Source of the DNA: Trypanosoma brucei
Taxonomy: Eukaryota
DNA: 64,000 nucleotides
NCBI GenBank assembly: GCA_000002445.1
Contig: CP000070.1
Coordinates: 1,536,001-1,600,000 of the forward strand
Direction of reading: 5' to 3'
The notes beneath the pieces were generated by a model. It worked only from the letters and a program-made list of their open reading frames with translations, had not been told where the DNA came from and searched no databases. Each line of letters starts with the position of its first letter. Position 1 is the first letter of the stretch. Position numbers and translations under genes: made by a program. This document shows positions 43,412 to 54,035 of this stretch, piece after piece.

Positions 43412-44200
43412 ACGGTAAAGTTGTGTGAGCGGGAACACAAAAATATCTGTAATAATTGCTATTACTATTATTGAAGGGAATTTTAAAGGGATGAAAAATA
43501 GTTGGAAATGAAGTTCTTCTTTTTCGTGTCAAAGGGAGGGAAAAGGAAAAGCAAGCTTTACTTGATAGTAGCGTCAAGTTGTTGTTGTTTTTTTAAGTCT
43601 GTAAAGAACATAGCCCGTGGTGTCACATTTTCTCTTTTCCTGTTGAGACTGCGGACCGGTTGCGAGTCATAATTCACAGATGAAAAAAGGGGGAAAATAC
43701 TTCTCCCATTTTCATATATTTTTTTAATTCTCCTCATTTGTGTTCTTTTCTTTCCCTGCTATGCATGCATGCAAAAAAAAAAAAATGTGGCTGCTGCGCA
43801 TTCCAGTGGTGGCACCTTTTGATCCCTTCTCTTTTGACTCATAACTAAGCGTTTTTTGTATTTATTTTTCTTTCTTTTTATTCAAAGTAAAGCTGATATG
43901 CTCTGCATGTAGACGACTTTACTGTGGAACCATTTGTGGGTGTCGGTATGCGGAGAGGACCTCCATTTCAGGTAAATATGGTGTTGCGCTAAATCTTTGT
44001 TGTTGTTGTTGTTCTTGTTTATTTGAGCTCCATCCACCTCCATGTCTTTTTTTTTTTAATTTTCATTTTTCTTGCAAACATTTATTTATTTAATTATTTT
44101 ACTCAGCATGTATTTAAGCGATAGCGTAGCGGCAAGTGGAACTTATCCACCAATCACAATCACGCTCTCGTAAATTTCGTGTATTAGACAAACTACGCTG

Positions 44201-44827
44201 ATGAAACGATGGGATGAAAAGTTAACGTTGGCTTTGCGACGCGGCAGCGGAAGTGATGACGTCACACCCAACCCTGTTTCTGAGGCGCTTCGCAACCTGG
44301 AAGAAACGATGGAGAGCATTAAGAGGCGATTGTCCCAACTGGAAAAGTGTGTTGAGCGGCAGCGTGTGGCCATAAATGAGGTGCGCACAAACACTTCGCC
44401 GTTTGATGACCTGCTCACAAAAACAAATGGAGATATTCAGTCTATTCAACAGCAACTCGAGTATGTTGTTATTAGTTTGGAGCGAGAGCGGGGAATTGTA
44501 ACCGACCATACGGAGCAGCTACGATTATTTGTTCGGGAATCCACGCGTCGTGATGGAGGTCGATCTGGTCTGTCCGATAGCGATCCATCTTTTCTATTCC
44601 TACTTGCCACATGGCTCTATCGACCGGTCGTAGATTTTGCAAATGGATGTTATGTTCTCCTTTCGCCACTGATTGGAACCCTTCAATCCTTGTCACTTTT
44701 TAACCCCGACGTGCAGGTGCGCCAAACGGAAAGTGGTGTGTACCTCAACAACGCCCAACCCAGTGAAGATCTGCTGTCGCGACTCCAAAAGGGACAGTTG
44801 GATCCCGTTCTCACATCAAAGACTTGA
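44201..44827 (+). CDS. Hypothetical protein with coiled-coil N-terminal half and one hydrophobic segment near the C-terminus, 208 aa
   Basis: ATG at 44201, downstream of an oligo-T tract (44040-44090). The N-terminal half has heptad-like charged/Leu repeats. The hydrophobic stretch is FLFLLATWLYRPVV...VLLSPLIGTL. Confidence 0.5.
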   Translation: MKRWDEKLTLALRRGSGSDDVTPNPVSEALRNLEETMESIKRRLSQLEKCVERQRVAINEVRTNTSPFDDLLTKTNGDIQSIQQQLEYVVISLERERGIVTDHTEQLRLFVRESTRRDGGRSGLSDSDPSFLFLLATWLYRPVVDFANGCYVLLSPLIGTLQSLSLFNPDVQVRQTESGVYLNNAQPSEDLLSRLQKGQLDPVLTSKT

Positions 44828-45147
44828 ACGTTTCTTGTTGTTGTTTTTTACTGCCGAACATCTGAACGTTAATCGTGTTTTCACCCACTCAGTGCGGGCG
44901 TATTGACCCGGATTCTCTACGTTGCGTTGCCTGAAGTCGTCAGCATGAAAGTTGTTCATTCCCTAGAGTTACCTTACTGTTGCATTTGCTTCATCTACCT
45001 CCTTATTTCGTATTTCTTTCTCTTTTTTTTTCTCCTCTTTCTTTTTTTTTCGACGATTCAACCTCGGTTTTATTGTTGCTCGTTTGTTTGTTTTGACTTT
45101 TTTAAAAATATATATATATATATATATATATAGATATATATAGTAAA

Positions 45148-46407
45148 ATGCAGCCTGTGCTGGTTGCCAACAGTGAAGATGCCCTGTCATGGATTTTAAT
45201 CGATAGCAGGGGCCATGGGTTGGCGAAGAGCCACCTTCCCATACGTGGCAACGTCACTGCAATTACCGAAGGATTTGAGGTCATTACTCTCCTGTTCTGG
45301 ACCATCTTTTTCTTCAGTTGTTTACTATGTTTGAGCGTACCTCTTTTTTACGGGACGCTTTCCGGGGTAATCCACCACTGTAACGTTGGCTTTCAGTTAC
45401 TTTCTGCTCTCACAACGAGTAATGAGCAACACTCAAATCAAAAAGGAGGTGTAAAGAAGGACAGGTTTAATATCACTACAGCTGGTAATGGCAATAACAG
45501 AAATGGCCATGTGCACCAACGGAGTAGTCGCGCTGCAACCACTCCGCATGATCACAATGTAAAACACCTTGCCGTTATTATGGACGGAAACCGAAGGTAC
45601 GGGCAGAGGCATTCTGTTGAAACCGTATGTGTGAAAGAGTTAGAAGATGTGTGTGAGTTTATCTTCAATGAAGATATGCCGTTGTTTGGTGTAGAACCAA
45701 TTTTCAAGCGACTGGCGTTTCTCCTCAAACGCACCAAGTTGGATGGGCATCGTGTGGGAGGTGAGAAATTGCTAGAGTTCGTGAAAGATTGCATTGATTT
45801 TAACATCAGTATGCTAACTGTGTATGCCTTCTCTACGGAGAACTGGTCTAGACCTGCGCTAGAGGTCAAGGTGCTCATGACGTTGTTTTACTGTTATTTT
45901 GAGCGCATGCGCCAAACGGCAAGAAAACAGGGGATTTTCATACGCTTCATATCACCTGCGTTTGAAATGATCCCTTCCCGTATTCGACGTATTATGGTGG
46001 ATATTGAAGAAGAAACACGACGGCATGTGCCGAGGCGTATTGTAGTTAACGTGTGTGTCAGCTACAGTGGGCGGGATGAGATCATCAACGCCTGCAACGG
46101 CCTCTTGCAGAAGAGGAGCGAATATTCCCCGATTTCAACCGGGGACTTGATGAGTCAAATGCTTCGTAGCGTAACGCAGGCTGATCACGAGGAGGAAGAT
46201 GCTTCTGTTCTGTTCGATGGCGGAGGTGCAGAGCCACAAATTCTACTACGAACTAGTGGAGAGCAGAGACTCAGCAACTTCCTATTGTTTGAATGTGCCT
46301 ACACAGAGTTCCTCTTCGTTGACAAAACCTGGCCCGAGATAAATAGAGAGGACCTTGTTAAACTCTTACAAGATCATGATAAGCGTGACAAACGCTACGG
46401 CAAATAA
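45148..46407 (+). CDS. cis-Prenyltransferase (dehydrodolichyl diphosphate synthase / UPP-synthase family) with an N-terminal hydrophobic extension, 419 aa
   Basis: Family signatures are present: HLAVIMDGNRRYG (substrate-binding P-loop), LTVYAFSTENWSRP, and C-terminal RLSNFLL...YTEFLFVDKTWPE (the RxG/dimer region of cis-IPTases). An N-terminal transmembrane-like segment (LLFWTIFFFSCLLCLSVPLFYG) precedes the catalytic domain. Confidence 0.8.
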   Translation: MQPVLVANSEDALSWILIDSRGHGLAKSHLPIRGNVTAITEGFEVITLLFWTIFFFSCLLCLSVPLFYGTLSGVIHHCNVGFQLLSALTTSNEQHSNQKGGVKKDRFNITTAGNGNNRNGHVHQRSSRAATTPHDHNVKHLAVIMDGNRRYGQRHSVETVCVKELEDVCEFIFNEDMPLFGVEPIFKRLAFLLKRTKLDGHRVGGEKLLEFVKDCIDFNISMLTVYAFSTENWSRPALEVKVLMTLFYCYFERMRQTARKQGIFIRFISPAFEMIPSRIRRIMVDIEEETRRHVPRRIVVNVCVSYSGRDEIINACNGLLQKRSEYSPISTGDLMSQMLRSVTQADHEEEDASVLFDGGGAEPQILLRTSGEQRLSNFLLFECAYTEFLFVDKTWPEINREDLVKLLQDHDKRDKRYGK

Positions 46408-46959
46408 CGTTGCCCTCCCCCCCCCCCCATCCGTTTAACATTGGATTACACTGTTAATATTTTTGTGACTTGTGTGGGTGACGTAAGTAGCGGTGATGCT
46501 CTCTTTTTCAATTTCGTCTGATCTCCAGCGCGTAAACTCGTCAGTTGACAAAGTGATAGCGGGAAGTTTTAGGTACGTGCAGTGCCAAACTCACGTGAGA
46601 TCCGGCACTGGCACGATCCGTACATTTCGCAGTTTATTCTTGCGTGTGTATGTGCGTGCGGGTATTTCCGATTTGCCAACCCTTGTTTTTTCCTCCCTCT
46701 TGACTCGCACATTTATTAAACCCATGCTATGAGTATATATATATTTATATATTGTCCTGCATGCTTTGTCCTCTGTACAAATGTCCAAGCACTCTTTCCC
46801 CCCTCTACAACTTGTCGTTCCGCCTCATCCACATCTGCATACACTTATCGGCGTGCGGATAGCGGCAGAGGTTGTGTGCGTATCGTTAAATCATTAAGCA
46901 AAACAAAGACAACCAAGAAAAGAGACAAGGCTGTACCCGCTGTTTTCTCGTTAGATTCA

Positions 46960-48960
46960 ATGAATGAGGATAAAAAAGCACCCTTGACCGTTGAAACGGG
47001 GGCTGATTCATCGGAGAAGAAGTCCATTTTTTCAGTTCCGAACGAGACACTCGTTGAGTTTGACGCGAAGAGTGATACTATTCGTGGGGAACTGGTTCAG
47101 GTGATAGCGGCCTGGCTCATTGAGCAAGGTCTGACATCATCTGCGCAGTTGTTATGTGATGAAGCCGCGGCACTCTTCCACCAGGAGCACAGCGAGCGGA
47201 AAACCCTTCGGGACGTCTCTCGGTCCGTGCAGGAAGGCAACTGGGAGGCTGCAAGTAGTAAATTGAAGAAACTTGAACCATTAATAGCACCGGAGGCTGA
47301 TGTGAGTCGTGACTCGTCATCTCAAACTGCATCACTCATTCGATCACTGCCTTTCTTGCTCGCTCAACAGCAATTCTTGGAGTATGTTGACGAAGACGAT
47401 GGGCAACGGGCGCATCATTTCTTTATGAGAAGAATTAAACCACTTGAGGGAACAATCAATAGGGAACATTTCCAGCAGCTAGTTTATTTGCTTACGTGCA
47501 GAAACGTTTCAGAGGCTGGAACGACCTTCCCAGTTTGGCGTGGTTGGACACCAATGAAGGGGCGCCTGCAGCTTCAATCCCTTATTGCGAACATCATTGG
47601 ACACTATAATACGAGTCCGTACTGCCACCAGTATAAGTACCATGTTGATGACGAACCAAACGCCACTGTCATAAACCTGGAACAAATATTAGCGAATTCT
47701 TTATCATATGAACTTTTAAAGTCGCAACATCCCAATCTATTGGCGGGTCTTCCTGTGCACCCCGTGTACTCCATTTGGAGACCCTTGGGTGAGCAGTTGC
47801 TTCCCACAAACCTCGTCATGACGCTGGATGTCAATACATTGTGCCACAGCGCCAAACTTCACACGGGGGAAAACGTACGGCTGACGGCTTGCCAGCCCTT
47901 CCTTCAGGTGCCCGCACTCGCTGTTGGGACGGATGCGGGGGAAATCTTGTGGGTGCCTCTGAAGAACAGAAAAGAAGACACAACACTGGAATCACATGGG
48001 GCGTGTACGTCCTTGTACCGTTACAAGGCTCCCGTGAGAGGAATGACGTACCATGAGCAACAATTGCTTCTCTCATGGAGTGGATGTCAAGCTGTAGTCC
48101 TTAACGTTGTTCAACTAAAGAAGTCAAGAGGCACTGTCCCGGAACAACAGGATTATTTGGCTGACTGTGTTGCGAACACATTTACTCATGCCGCAGAGGT
48201 GCGATCGGCTTGTTTGTTCCCATGCGGTTTTATTCTCGCAACGGGTTTGTCTGACGGAACCGTCACTGAATGGAATCTCATAACAGGGGCACAGATGTCT
48301 CAGCACGCATTTAGCGCCTCATCCATCGAGTCTTTAGCGGTGAATCGCTCAGGTAGTTGTTACTTCGCCGCCTCGCGAGAGGGTCTTGTCCGCGTTGTGG
48401 ATGCTTCCACGGGTGTGCTTCTCTTCACATTCGCGCTGTTGATAACCAGTGAAATATCTTCTATAGCTATTTCCCCTTCCTCCTCACTGCTGCTGGTGTG
48501 CTACAAAACTGGTACGCTTCGACTATGGGATGTGCTGACAGGCAATTCACTTGCTCAGCGACTGGAAGGCATGGAGAGCACAAAATGTCGATGCACCTGC
48601 GTCACGTTTGGTGCCAATGACTCGCATATTATAACGGGACACGACGACGGATGCCTTTATTTCTGGGACACGGGTCGTTCGCGGCTACGGCGGTGCCAAA
48701 CCGCCTCATCTCCGCTATCTTCTGCCTTTGGGAGTCGGGAGGGTGCTCACGGGGAGTCACCAGTGCTTTATTCGCCGAATAATCCAAGCATGCATAACTT
48801 CCCTCCGGGTGAAGCAGTGTCGCCGCAAACGTCTCTTCGACTTCATCGAGCGCAAATAACCGATGTGAAGTTTCAGCACAACTATGTGGTGACGTGTGGG
48901 GGTGACGGTAGGATATGCATATGTGCGAGCGTCATGAAGGACATGGAAAGGAGAGTGTGA
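46960..48960 (+). CDS. LisH-CTLH-WD40 repeat protein (WDR26/Gid7- or SMU1-like), about 666 aa
   Basis: Track ORF 46729 begins in pyrimidine-rich junk; the first plausible ATG is at 46960 (MNEDKK). VQVIAAWLIEQGLTSSAQLLCDEAA is a LisH-like helix pair. A CTLH-like region follows. The C-terminal half has WD-repeat hallmarks: LSDGTVTEWNL, GTLRLWDV and GHDDGCLYFWD. Confidence 0.7.
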   Translation: MNEDKKAPLTVETGADSSEKKSIFSVPNETLVEFDAKSDTIRGELVQVIAAWLIEQGLTSSAQLLCDEAAALFHQEHSERKTLRDVSRSVQEGNWEAASSKLKKLEPLIAPEADVSRDSSSQTASLIRSLPFLLAQQQFLEYVDEDDGQRAHHFFMRRIKPLEGTINREHFQQLVYLLTCRNVSEAGTTFPVWRGWTPMKGRLQLQSLIANIIGHYNTSPYCHQYKYHVDDEPNATVINLEQILANSLSYELLKSQHPNLLAGLPVHPVYSIWRPLGEQLLPTNLVMTLDVNTLCHSAKLHTGENVRLTACQPFLQVPALAVGTDAGEILWVPLKNRKEDTTLESHGACTSLYRYKAPVRGMTYHEQQLLLSWSGCQAVVLNVVQLKKSRGTVPEQQDYLADCVANTFTHAAEVRSACLFPCGFILATGLSDGTVTEWNLITGAQMSQHAFSASSIESLAVNRSGSCYFAASREGLVRVVDASTGVLLFTFALLITSEISSIAISPSSSLLLVCYKTGTLRLWDVLTGNSLAQRLEGMESTKCRCTCVTFGANDSHIITGHDDGCLYFWDTGRSRLRRCQTASSPLSSAFGSREGAHGESPVLYSPNNPSMHNFPPGEAVSPQTSLRLHRAQITDVKFQHNYVVTCGGDGRICICASVMKDMERRV

Positions 48961-49332
48961 TAGTTTATAATGTGGGATGGAGTATTGCTCGCATCAACGG
49001 AGGACATGGTTATTGGTAGAATGAAAAGGCAGAAAGTCTCCTATTTATACCCCCACTTTACTGTGTATGTTCTGGTGTTTGTCGTGCACGTCACCTTTCA
49101 CTGCTCCGAGCAAACGAATGTATGGTTTTCAGGATGGTTACATGTTTTGGTCTCCCACATCTTCTTTTTTCTCATTTTGCTCTTATTGCTTCATTGTAGC
49201 AAAGTGGGGGAGGCAAAGGGGTAAACACCTGCCTTCATACACCGCACAATTACAGATATTACGCTAGGGTAGGGAGAAGAAGGGAAAGCTGTGGTAAGTC
49301 AAAGGAGAGCAAGGGGGGACAGGGACAAAATT

Positions 49333-49683
49333 ATGAAGTATAACTTCAAGGATTCACATTCTCTGGTAAAGCGATTGAATGAATCCGCAAAGGTGCGCAA
49401 GAGTCACCCCAACCATTTTCCCGTCATATGTGAAAAGGTGTATAACTCCGATATTGGTGAGTTAGACAGGTGTAAATTTCTCGTCCCATCTGATCTAACG
49501 GTCGGACAGTTTGTCAGCGTGCTACGCAAACGTGTGCAGCTGGAAGCCGAATCTGCACTCTTCGTTTATACCAATGACACAGTACTCCCCTCCAGTGCGC
49601 AAATGGCGGACATTTACTCCAAATATAAGGATGAAGACGGTTTCCTATACATGAAATATTCAGGTGAGGCGGCATTTGGATAA
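49333..49683 (+). CDS. ATG8.1: Autophagy ubiquitin-like protein ATG8, ending in the exposed Gly (ATG8.1-type), 116 aa
   Basis: Track ORF 49291 starts at GTG; the ATG is at 49333 (MKYNFKDSH...). It aligns at full length to ATG8/GABARAP: FPVICEKVYNSDIGELDRCKFLVPSDLTVGQFVSVLRKRVQLEAESALFVYTNDTVLPSSAQMADIYSKYKDEDGFLYMKYSGEAAFG, then stop. The terminal Gly is immediately followed by the stop codon. Confidence 0.9.
   Translation: MKYNFKDSHSLVKRLNESAKVRKSHPNHFPVICEKVYNSDIGELDRCKFLVPSDLTVGQFVSVLRKRVQLEAESALFVYTNDTVLPSSAQMADIYSKYKDEDGFLYMKYSGEAAFG
49424..49680 (+). repeat. Block of about 250 nt inside ATG8.1 that is nucleotide-identical to 51068-51324 in ATG8.2 (a gene-conversion tract)
   Basis: A direct comparison of the two stretches shows identity from tcatatgtgaaaaggtg through caggtgaggcg. 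There is one mismatch 9 nt before the stop. The flanks are unrelated. Confidence 0.85.
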
Positions 49684-50189
49684 TGGGGTATCGTCCGTGT
49701 GCGAGTAGTGATTGCGTTACTGTGCAAATATATGTCACACCCCACGGCGGTGGTGAGGGCACCTCGTTGGATTCTCTACCATGTTTAAGTGTTTATCGTG
49801 TTGTGGAAGGAAGGAAGGAAGAGGTGGAGGGGGGGAAATGCGGTGATTAGTGTGACGTAAGGAGGAGGTGAGGAGTTGAACTGCTCGACTCCCGAAATGA
49901 AGTTGTGCTTTTGTTTCCATTTTGTTTTTATACCATGCTTTTACCCTTTTTTTTTGTTTTTGCGTTGACAGCGGGAAAATGAACTGCGGAAAACACAAAC
50001 TATATGTGTGTGGTGTATCTTTCAGTGTTTATGTGAGAAGTGTCAACACACCCGCACCCTCTTCTTTGTCACCTATAGCGGAGAGAACAAAGGAGCGCGT
50101 AGAAAAAGAAAGTGAAACACTCTTTTTGATGTAGTTTCACACCCCACCCCCTAGCCTCCATGGAGCGTCCGTGAATAACGTATACGCAC

Positions 50190-50193
<4 letters not shown>

Positions 50194-50222
<29 letters not shown>
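50194..50222. repeat. (TA)14 microsatellite between the two ATG8 genes
   Basis: Seen directly. Confidence 0.95.
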
Positions 50223-50223
<1 letters not shown>

Positions 50224-50968
50224 GTGCACCTGCATAGTTTTTTTGGTGGTTTTTTTAGGAGTTGATTGCTTTGTAGTTATTTTGTTCCTCTCTCACACGT
50301 GCGCCCTGCAACCTCTTTGAGTGTTTCACTTACTTCAGTTTCTTGCCCTAGTGATGACCGTTGTAATCGGTCTCTTTTTTTTTGTCTTATTTTCCCCTTC
50401 GGTCTTACAGTTAGACTTCTCTTGTTGTAGTCTCCATCTTCACTATTTCTCGTTTGTGCTTCTTTTACTTACTTCATTCATTTCATGTGTCACTGGAGCC
50501 CCATTGTCTGTTCAGCACAACAAACGGATGAAATTTATTTCCCCTGCTGTCGTATGGACCATCTTGTGGGGTTGCTTTTTTGCTTGTTTAGTTCTTTGTT
50601 CATATATATTTATTTGTCAACAGAGTTGCCATATAATCAATTTTGTCGAATTTACTCTTGAACGAGCTTTGTATCCCTTTGCCTCTCTCTGCTGCACTTC
50701 ATTTTCAATTGTCATTGCATACCAACTAATATGAACGTTCTTTCATTCAACATTCGCTCGTTTGTTGTTGTTGTTGTTGTTTTCTTTTTTGCCTCACTTC
50801 GCTTCGCTTGTGCCGGCTGGTGTGATAACACACACTGCAATAATACCAATTAGGACCAGCGCTAGAAAACAAATTTTATTAGTAAACAGTAAGTAACCCG
50901 CTACAGCCTGAATTGATATTCACCACTGGTACATATAAAAAGAAAGCACAGAAGAATTAGTGTACATA

Positions 50969-51331
50969 ATGAGTAAAAAAGATAGCAAGTACAAAATGAG
51001 CCACACCTTTGAGAGCCGACAGTCGGATGCCGCAAAGGTGCGTGAAAGGCATCCGGATCGTTTGCCCATCATATGTGAAAAGGTGTATAACTCCGATATT
51101 GGTGAGTTAGACAGGTGTAAATTTCTCGTCCCATCTGATCTAACGGTCGGACAGTTTGTCAGCGTGCTACGCAAACGTGTGCAGCTGGAAGCCGAATCTG
51201 CACTCTTCGTTTATACCAATGACACAGTACTCCCCTCCAGTGCGCAAATGGCGGACATTTACTCCAAATATAAGGATGAAGACGGTTTCCTATACATGAA
51301 ATATTCAGGTGAGGCGACATTTGGATGCTAA
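50969..51331 (+). CDS. ATG8.2: Autophagy ubiquitin-like protein ATG8 with one extra residue (Cys) after the conjugation Gly (ATG8.2-type), about 120 aa; alternative start at 50996
   Basis: Track ORF 50960 starts at GTG; the ATGs are at 50969 and 50996. From IICEKVY onward the protein is identical to the upstream copy, except for Ala to Thr near the end and the C-terminal ...GEATFGC. The N-terminal about 25 aa differ. Confidence 0.9.
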   Translation: MSKKDSKYKMSHTFESRQSDAAKVRERHPDRLPIICEKVYNSDIGELDRCKFLVPSDLTVGQFVSVLRKRVQLEAESALFVYTNDTVLPSSAQMADIYSKYKDEDGFLYMKYSGEATFGC

Positions 51332-52515
51332 TTTCCTTCAGTGTTAGTAAACCATTAGTTGCTTTGATGCGCAATAAAACATTTGAGTGCCTCTCCTTAT
51401 ATTCTGTTGCCTGCGCCTCATCTATTCGTTGTTGGGTGGAAAGGGAGTTCTGTGTTTCCGTGCATGTGATGCGAAAAGCACGGTAGGGGGGGGAAATGCA
51501 TCGCGTGCTTCCTTCGTTGTTTGCTTTATAGTGGAATTATCTTTTTTTTTTGCCGACGTTTTCGTTGTCACTGCTCCTTTGTGTGCCGGCACGAATGTTC
51601 CCACAACTTCTCTACATGTTGTTCTGCAGGTAATTGAGGAGGCAAGGTGCTGCACTGAGAGTTGAGTGCAAGTGACTTGTTATGAGATGTCAACAATTCC
51701 GTGATTGGAAAAGTTGGGGAAGTGAAGAGAGGAAAGGGATGAATGGTGACTGAGTCTTCTATTTCCTCATCGTATTTTCACCGGCTCAACTTTGAATACG
51801 ATGGATGACGTCCCTTCCAAATTTTATACGCGAAGGATAAGTCAGCCGAAGGCATCTCCTTTTTAGCGAAGTACGAGGTGAGCTATTACCTTAAGTGTGC
51901 AACCCACTGACCCCTCATCAAGTGATCAAACAGATAAACACATTTATTTGCGCGTGCATGTGTTTGATTGTATTTCCACCCTTAGTTTTTTATTTACTTA
52001 ATTTCTTTTTTGTGTGGTGACAGTGAGGGAGACAGTTGTCCCTTGGAGGCTGACGGTCAACCACCTGCGGCGTTATTGGTCAGCTGTTTAACTGCCACAG
52101 TCGATTTCGGAAAAGGCAATTCAACACGTGCGTGTGGAGGATATGGAAGTTACGTTAAATAAAAACAAAAAAGGCAGAGCGGAGGAAAGGTAAATTAGAT
52201 GCGGAAAGGGAATGTACATATGTTTTGTCCTCATCTCTTCCTGCCTGATTTGTTCACTCACACTTGATTCCTCTGCCCAGCACGTCCCTGTTTGCTGTCG
52301 TTTGGTCGCGTTCGGGTGCACACTGTGGTTTTGGTGCTGCTAACAACACAAAGCGCTTTACTCTCCAAATTGAGCAGGACTAAAGCAAACAAAAAGGGAG
52401 GAAGAAGAAGACCCTTTTAAGTGCATTTGGGTATAGATATACAAAAAAAACTTCCACTTCCTTCCACACTGCGAGCTCCATCACAACCACTGCCGGTTAG
52501 TACGCGTATATACTG

Positions 52516-53640
52516 ATGCACGGTGACGGTTTGGGGCGTCTGCACCCCGGTAAGGTGTTCCTTACCATTGACGAGATTAAAAATGGCATATCTTCCTATC
52601 AGATCTTCGATGTCCGCTACGACCTCCGCAATAAAGAGTACGGTATCAACCAATACAACAAAGGGCATGTCGCGCGCGCCACATTTGTCGACTTGGATCG
52701 ACACCTTAGCGGTCCCGTCGTGGAATGCAGCAAAGCACGGCACCCCATGCCAGACCCGCACGAGTTTGTCGAGTGGTGCAAATCCAAGGGAATTGGCCAC
52801 TTCAAGCCCGTCCTTTGCTACGATGACGAATGTGGGGCGATGGGGGCGTGTCGGATGTGGTGGATGCTCAACGCCCTTGGTGTCGAGGCTTACGTAATGA
52901 CATGTGGATTCAAAGCATATGAAGCAGCAGGTCTGCCCGTCGAGTCCACACCGTATGACAAGAACCAATCGACAAGCTATTGGCCTTACGCAACAGAGTT
53001 TAAGAGGCTGTTGAAAATCAAAGACATTCCTCCCTGCGCACATATGGTCGACACACGACCCGCGCTGCGCTTCAACACGACCGTGCGACCATACGGACCC
53101 GACGATATCCCTGGTCATATCGAAGGCGCGGTCAACCTTCCGTACGATGTGAACATATTGTTAGTAAATCGGCACGAAAAACGTTTGAGACCCAATGACG
53201 AATGTCGTAGTAACACTCTTAAGCTTCTTCAAGGAATGTGGGGTGGCGGTGAGCCTAATATTTCCCACTGCGTATTTTACTGCGGTAGTGGGGTGACCGC
53301 TGCATTCAGCATTGCAGTTGCATATCACGTCGGACTCGGCGAGCCCTATCTATATGCCGGTTCGTGGTCCGAATATGCAGACACATTTAACTTTACACTG
53401 GCGCGCCGTATCATTAAAGAGCACGGCTTGCTCATAAGCATGGTCTCATCAAGTTTGCCGTATAACATGAAAGCTACTCTTAACAACGTTACCCTTGTTG
53501 TTGATGGTGTGGTTGTAAACAATCCTGATGAGGAACTGAAACAGGCGCTAGTGCACCTCCACATTGGTGAAAAAGCACATGTAACGTTCAAAAGTCAGCG
53601 ACAGGCTGTCATAGAGGCTCATCCTCGCATAGACACGTAA
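52516..53640 (+). CDS. MST: 3-Mercaptopyruvate sulfurtransferase (tandem rhodanese domains) with trypanosomatid-type C-terminal extension of about 80 aa, 374 aa
   Basis: It has two rhodanese-like halves. The active-site loop is CGSGVTA (FYCGSGVTAAFSIAVAYHVGLG). CG[ST]GVTA is diagnostic of mercaptopyruvate sulfurtransferases, whereas thiosulfate rhodaneses have CRKGVTA. The C-terminal tail ARRIIKEHGLL...EAHPRIDT extends beyond the second domain, as described for Leishmania MST. Confidence 0.85.
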   Translation: MHGDGLGRLHPGKVFLTIDEIKNGISSYQIFDVRYDLRNKEYGINQYNKGHVARATFVDLDRHLSGPVVECSKARHPMPDPHEFVEWCKSKGIGHFKPVLCYDDECGAMGACRMWWMLNALGVEAYVMTCGFKAYEAAGLPVESTPYDKNQSTSYWPYATEFKRLLKIKDIPPCAHMVDTRPALRFNTTVRPYGPDDIPGHIEGAVNLPYDVNILLVNRHEKRLRPNDECRSNTLKLLQGMWGGGEPNISHCVFYCGSGVTAAFSIAVAYHVGLGEPYLYAGSWSEYADTFNFTLARRIIKEHGLLISMVSSSLPYNMKATLNNVTLVVDGVVVNNPDEELKQALVHLHIGEKAHVTFKSQRQAVIEAHPRIDT

Positions 53641-54035
53641 AAACATGGACAGTCAACATCTCCATATGAAGAAAGTTGGGCATCCGCAGATAGTAAGGCT
53701 GAGTCACTTTGTTTTTATATTTGAAAACGGCAACAAAAAATGTGCAAACGGGGCTGCAAAGTAGTAACTACTCACAGGAAGATAGCAGCAACTCTTACAC
53801 ACCAAACAATTCAACGGGCAACCATTTACAAATCCTATAGCACTACTAGAAAAAAACTCTCGGAGTCAATAAATTTTGCCGTCCCCTCACAAAACGCCGC
53901 AAGTAATAAAGGAAAATAACTTTTTTTTTTGGAAATTGTCAACCACACAAGCAACGACGGAATGATAAACAGACATTTAAGGAAGAGTTCTAAAAATTAT
54001 TGTTATTTTTCAACAATAAACACGACCAAAAAAAC

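Noticed and set aside
46729-46959. 5-prime extension of the WD40 ORF starting MSIYIFIYCPACF
   Set aside because: It starts inside a (TA)-rich or pyrimidine-rich region directly after the upstream gene. The downstream ATG at 46960 is preferred.
52417-53118. 233-aa ORF on the minus strand
   Set aside because: It is fully antisense to the MST gene. The sense frame carries the diagnostic CGSGVTA motif and two rhodanese domains.
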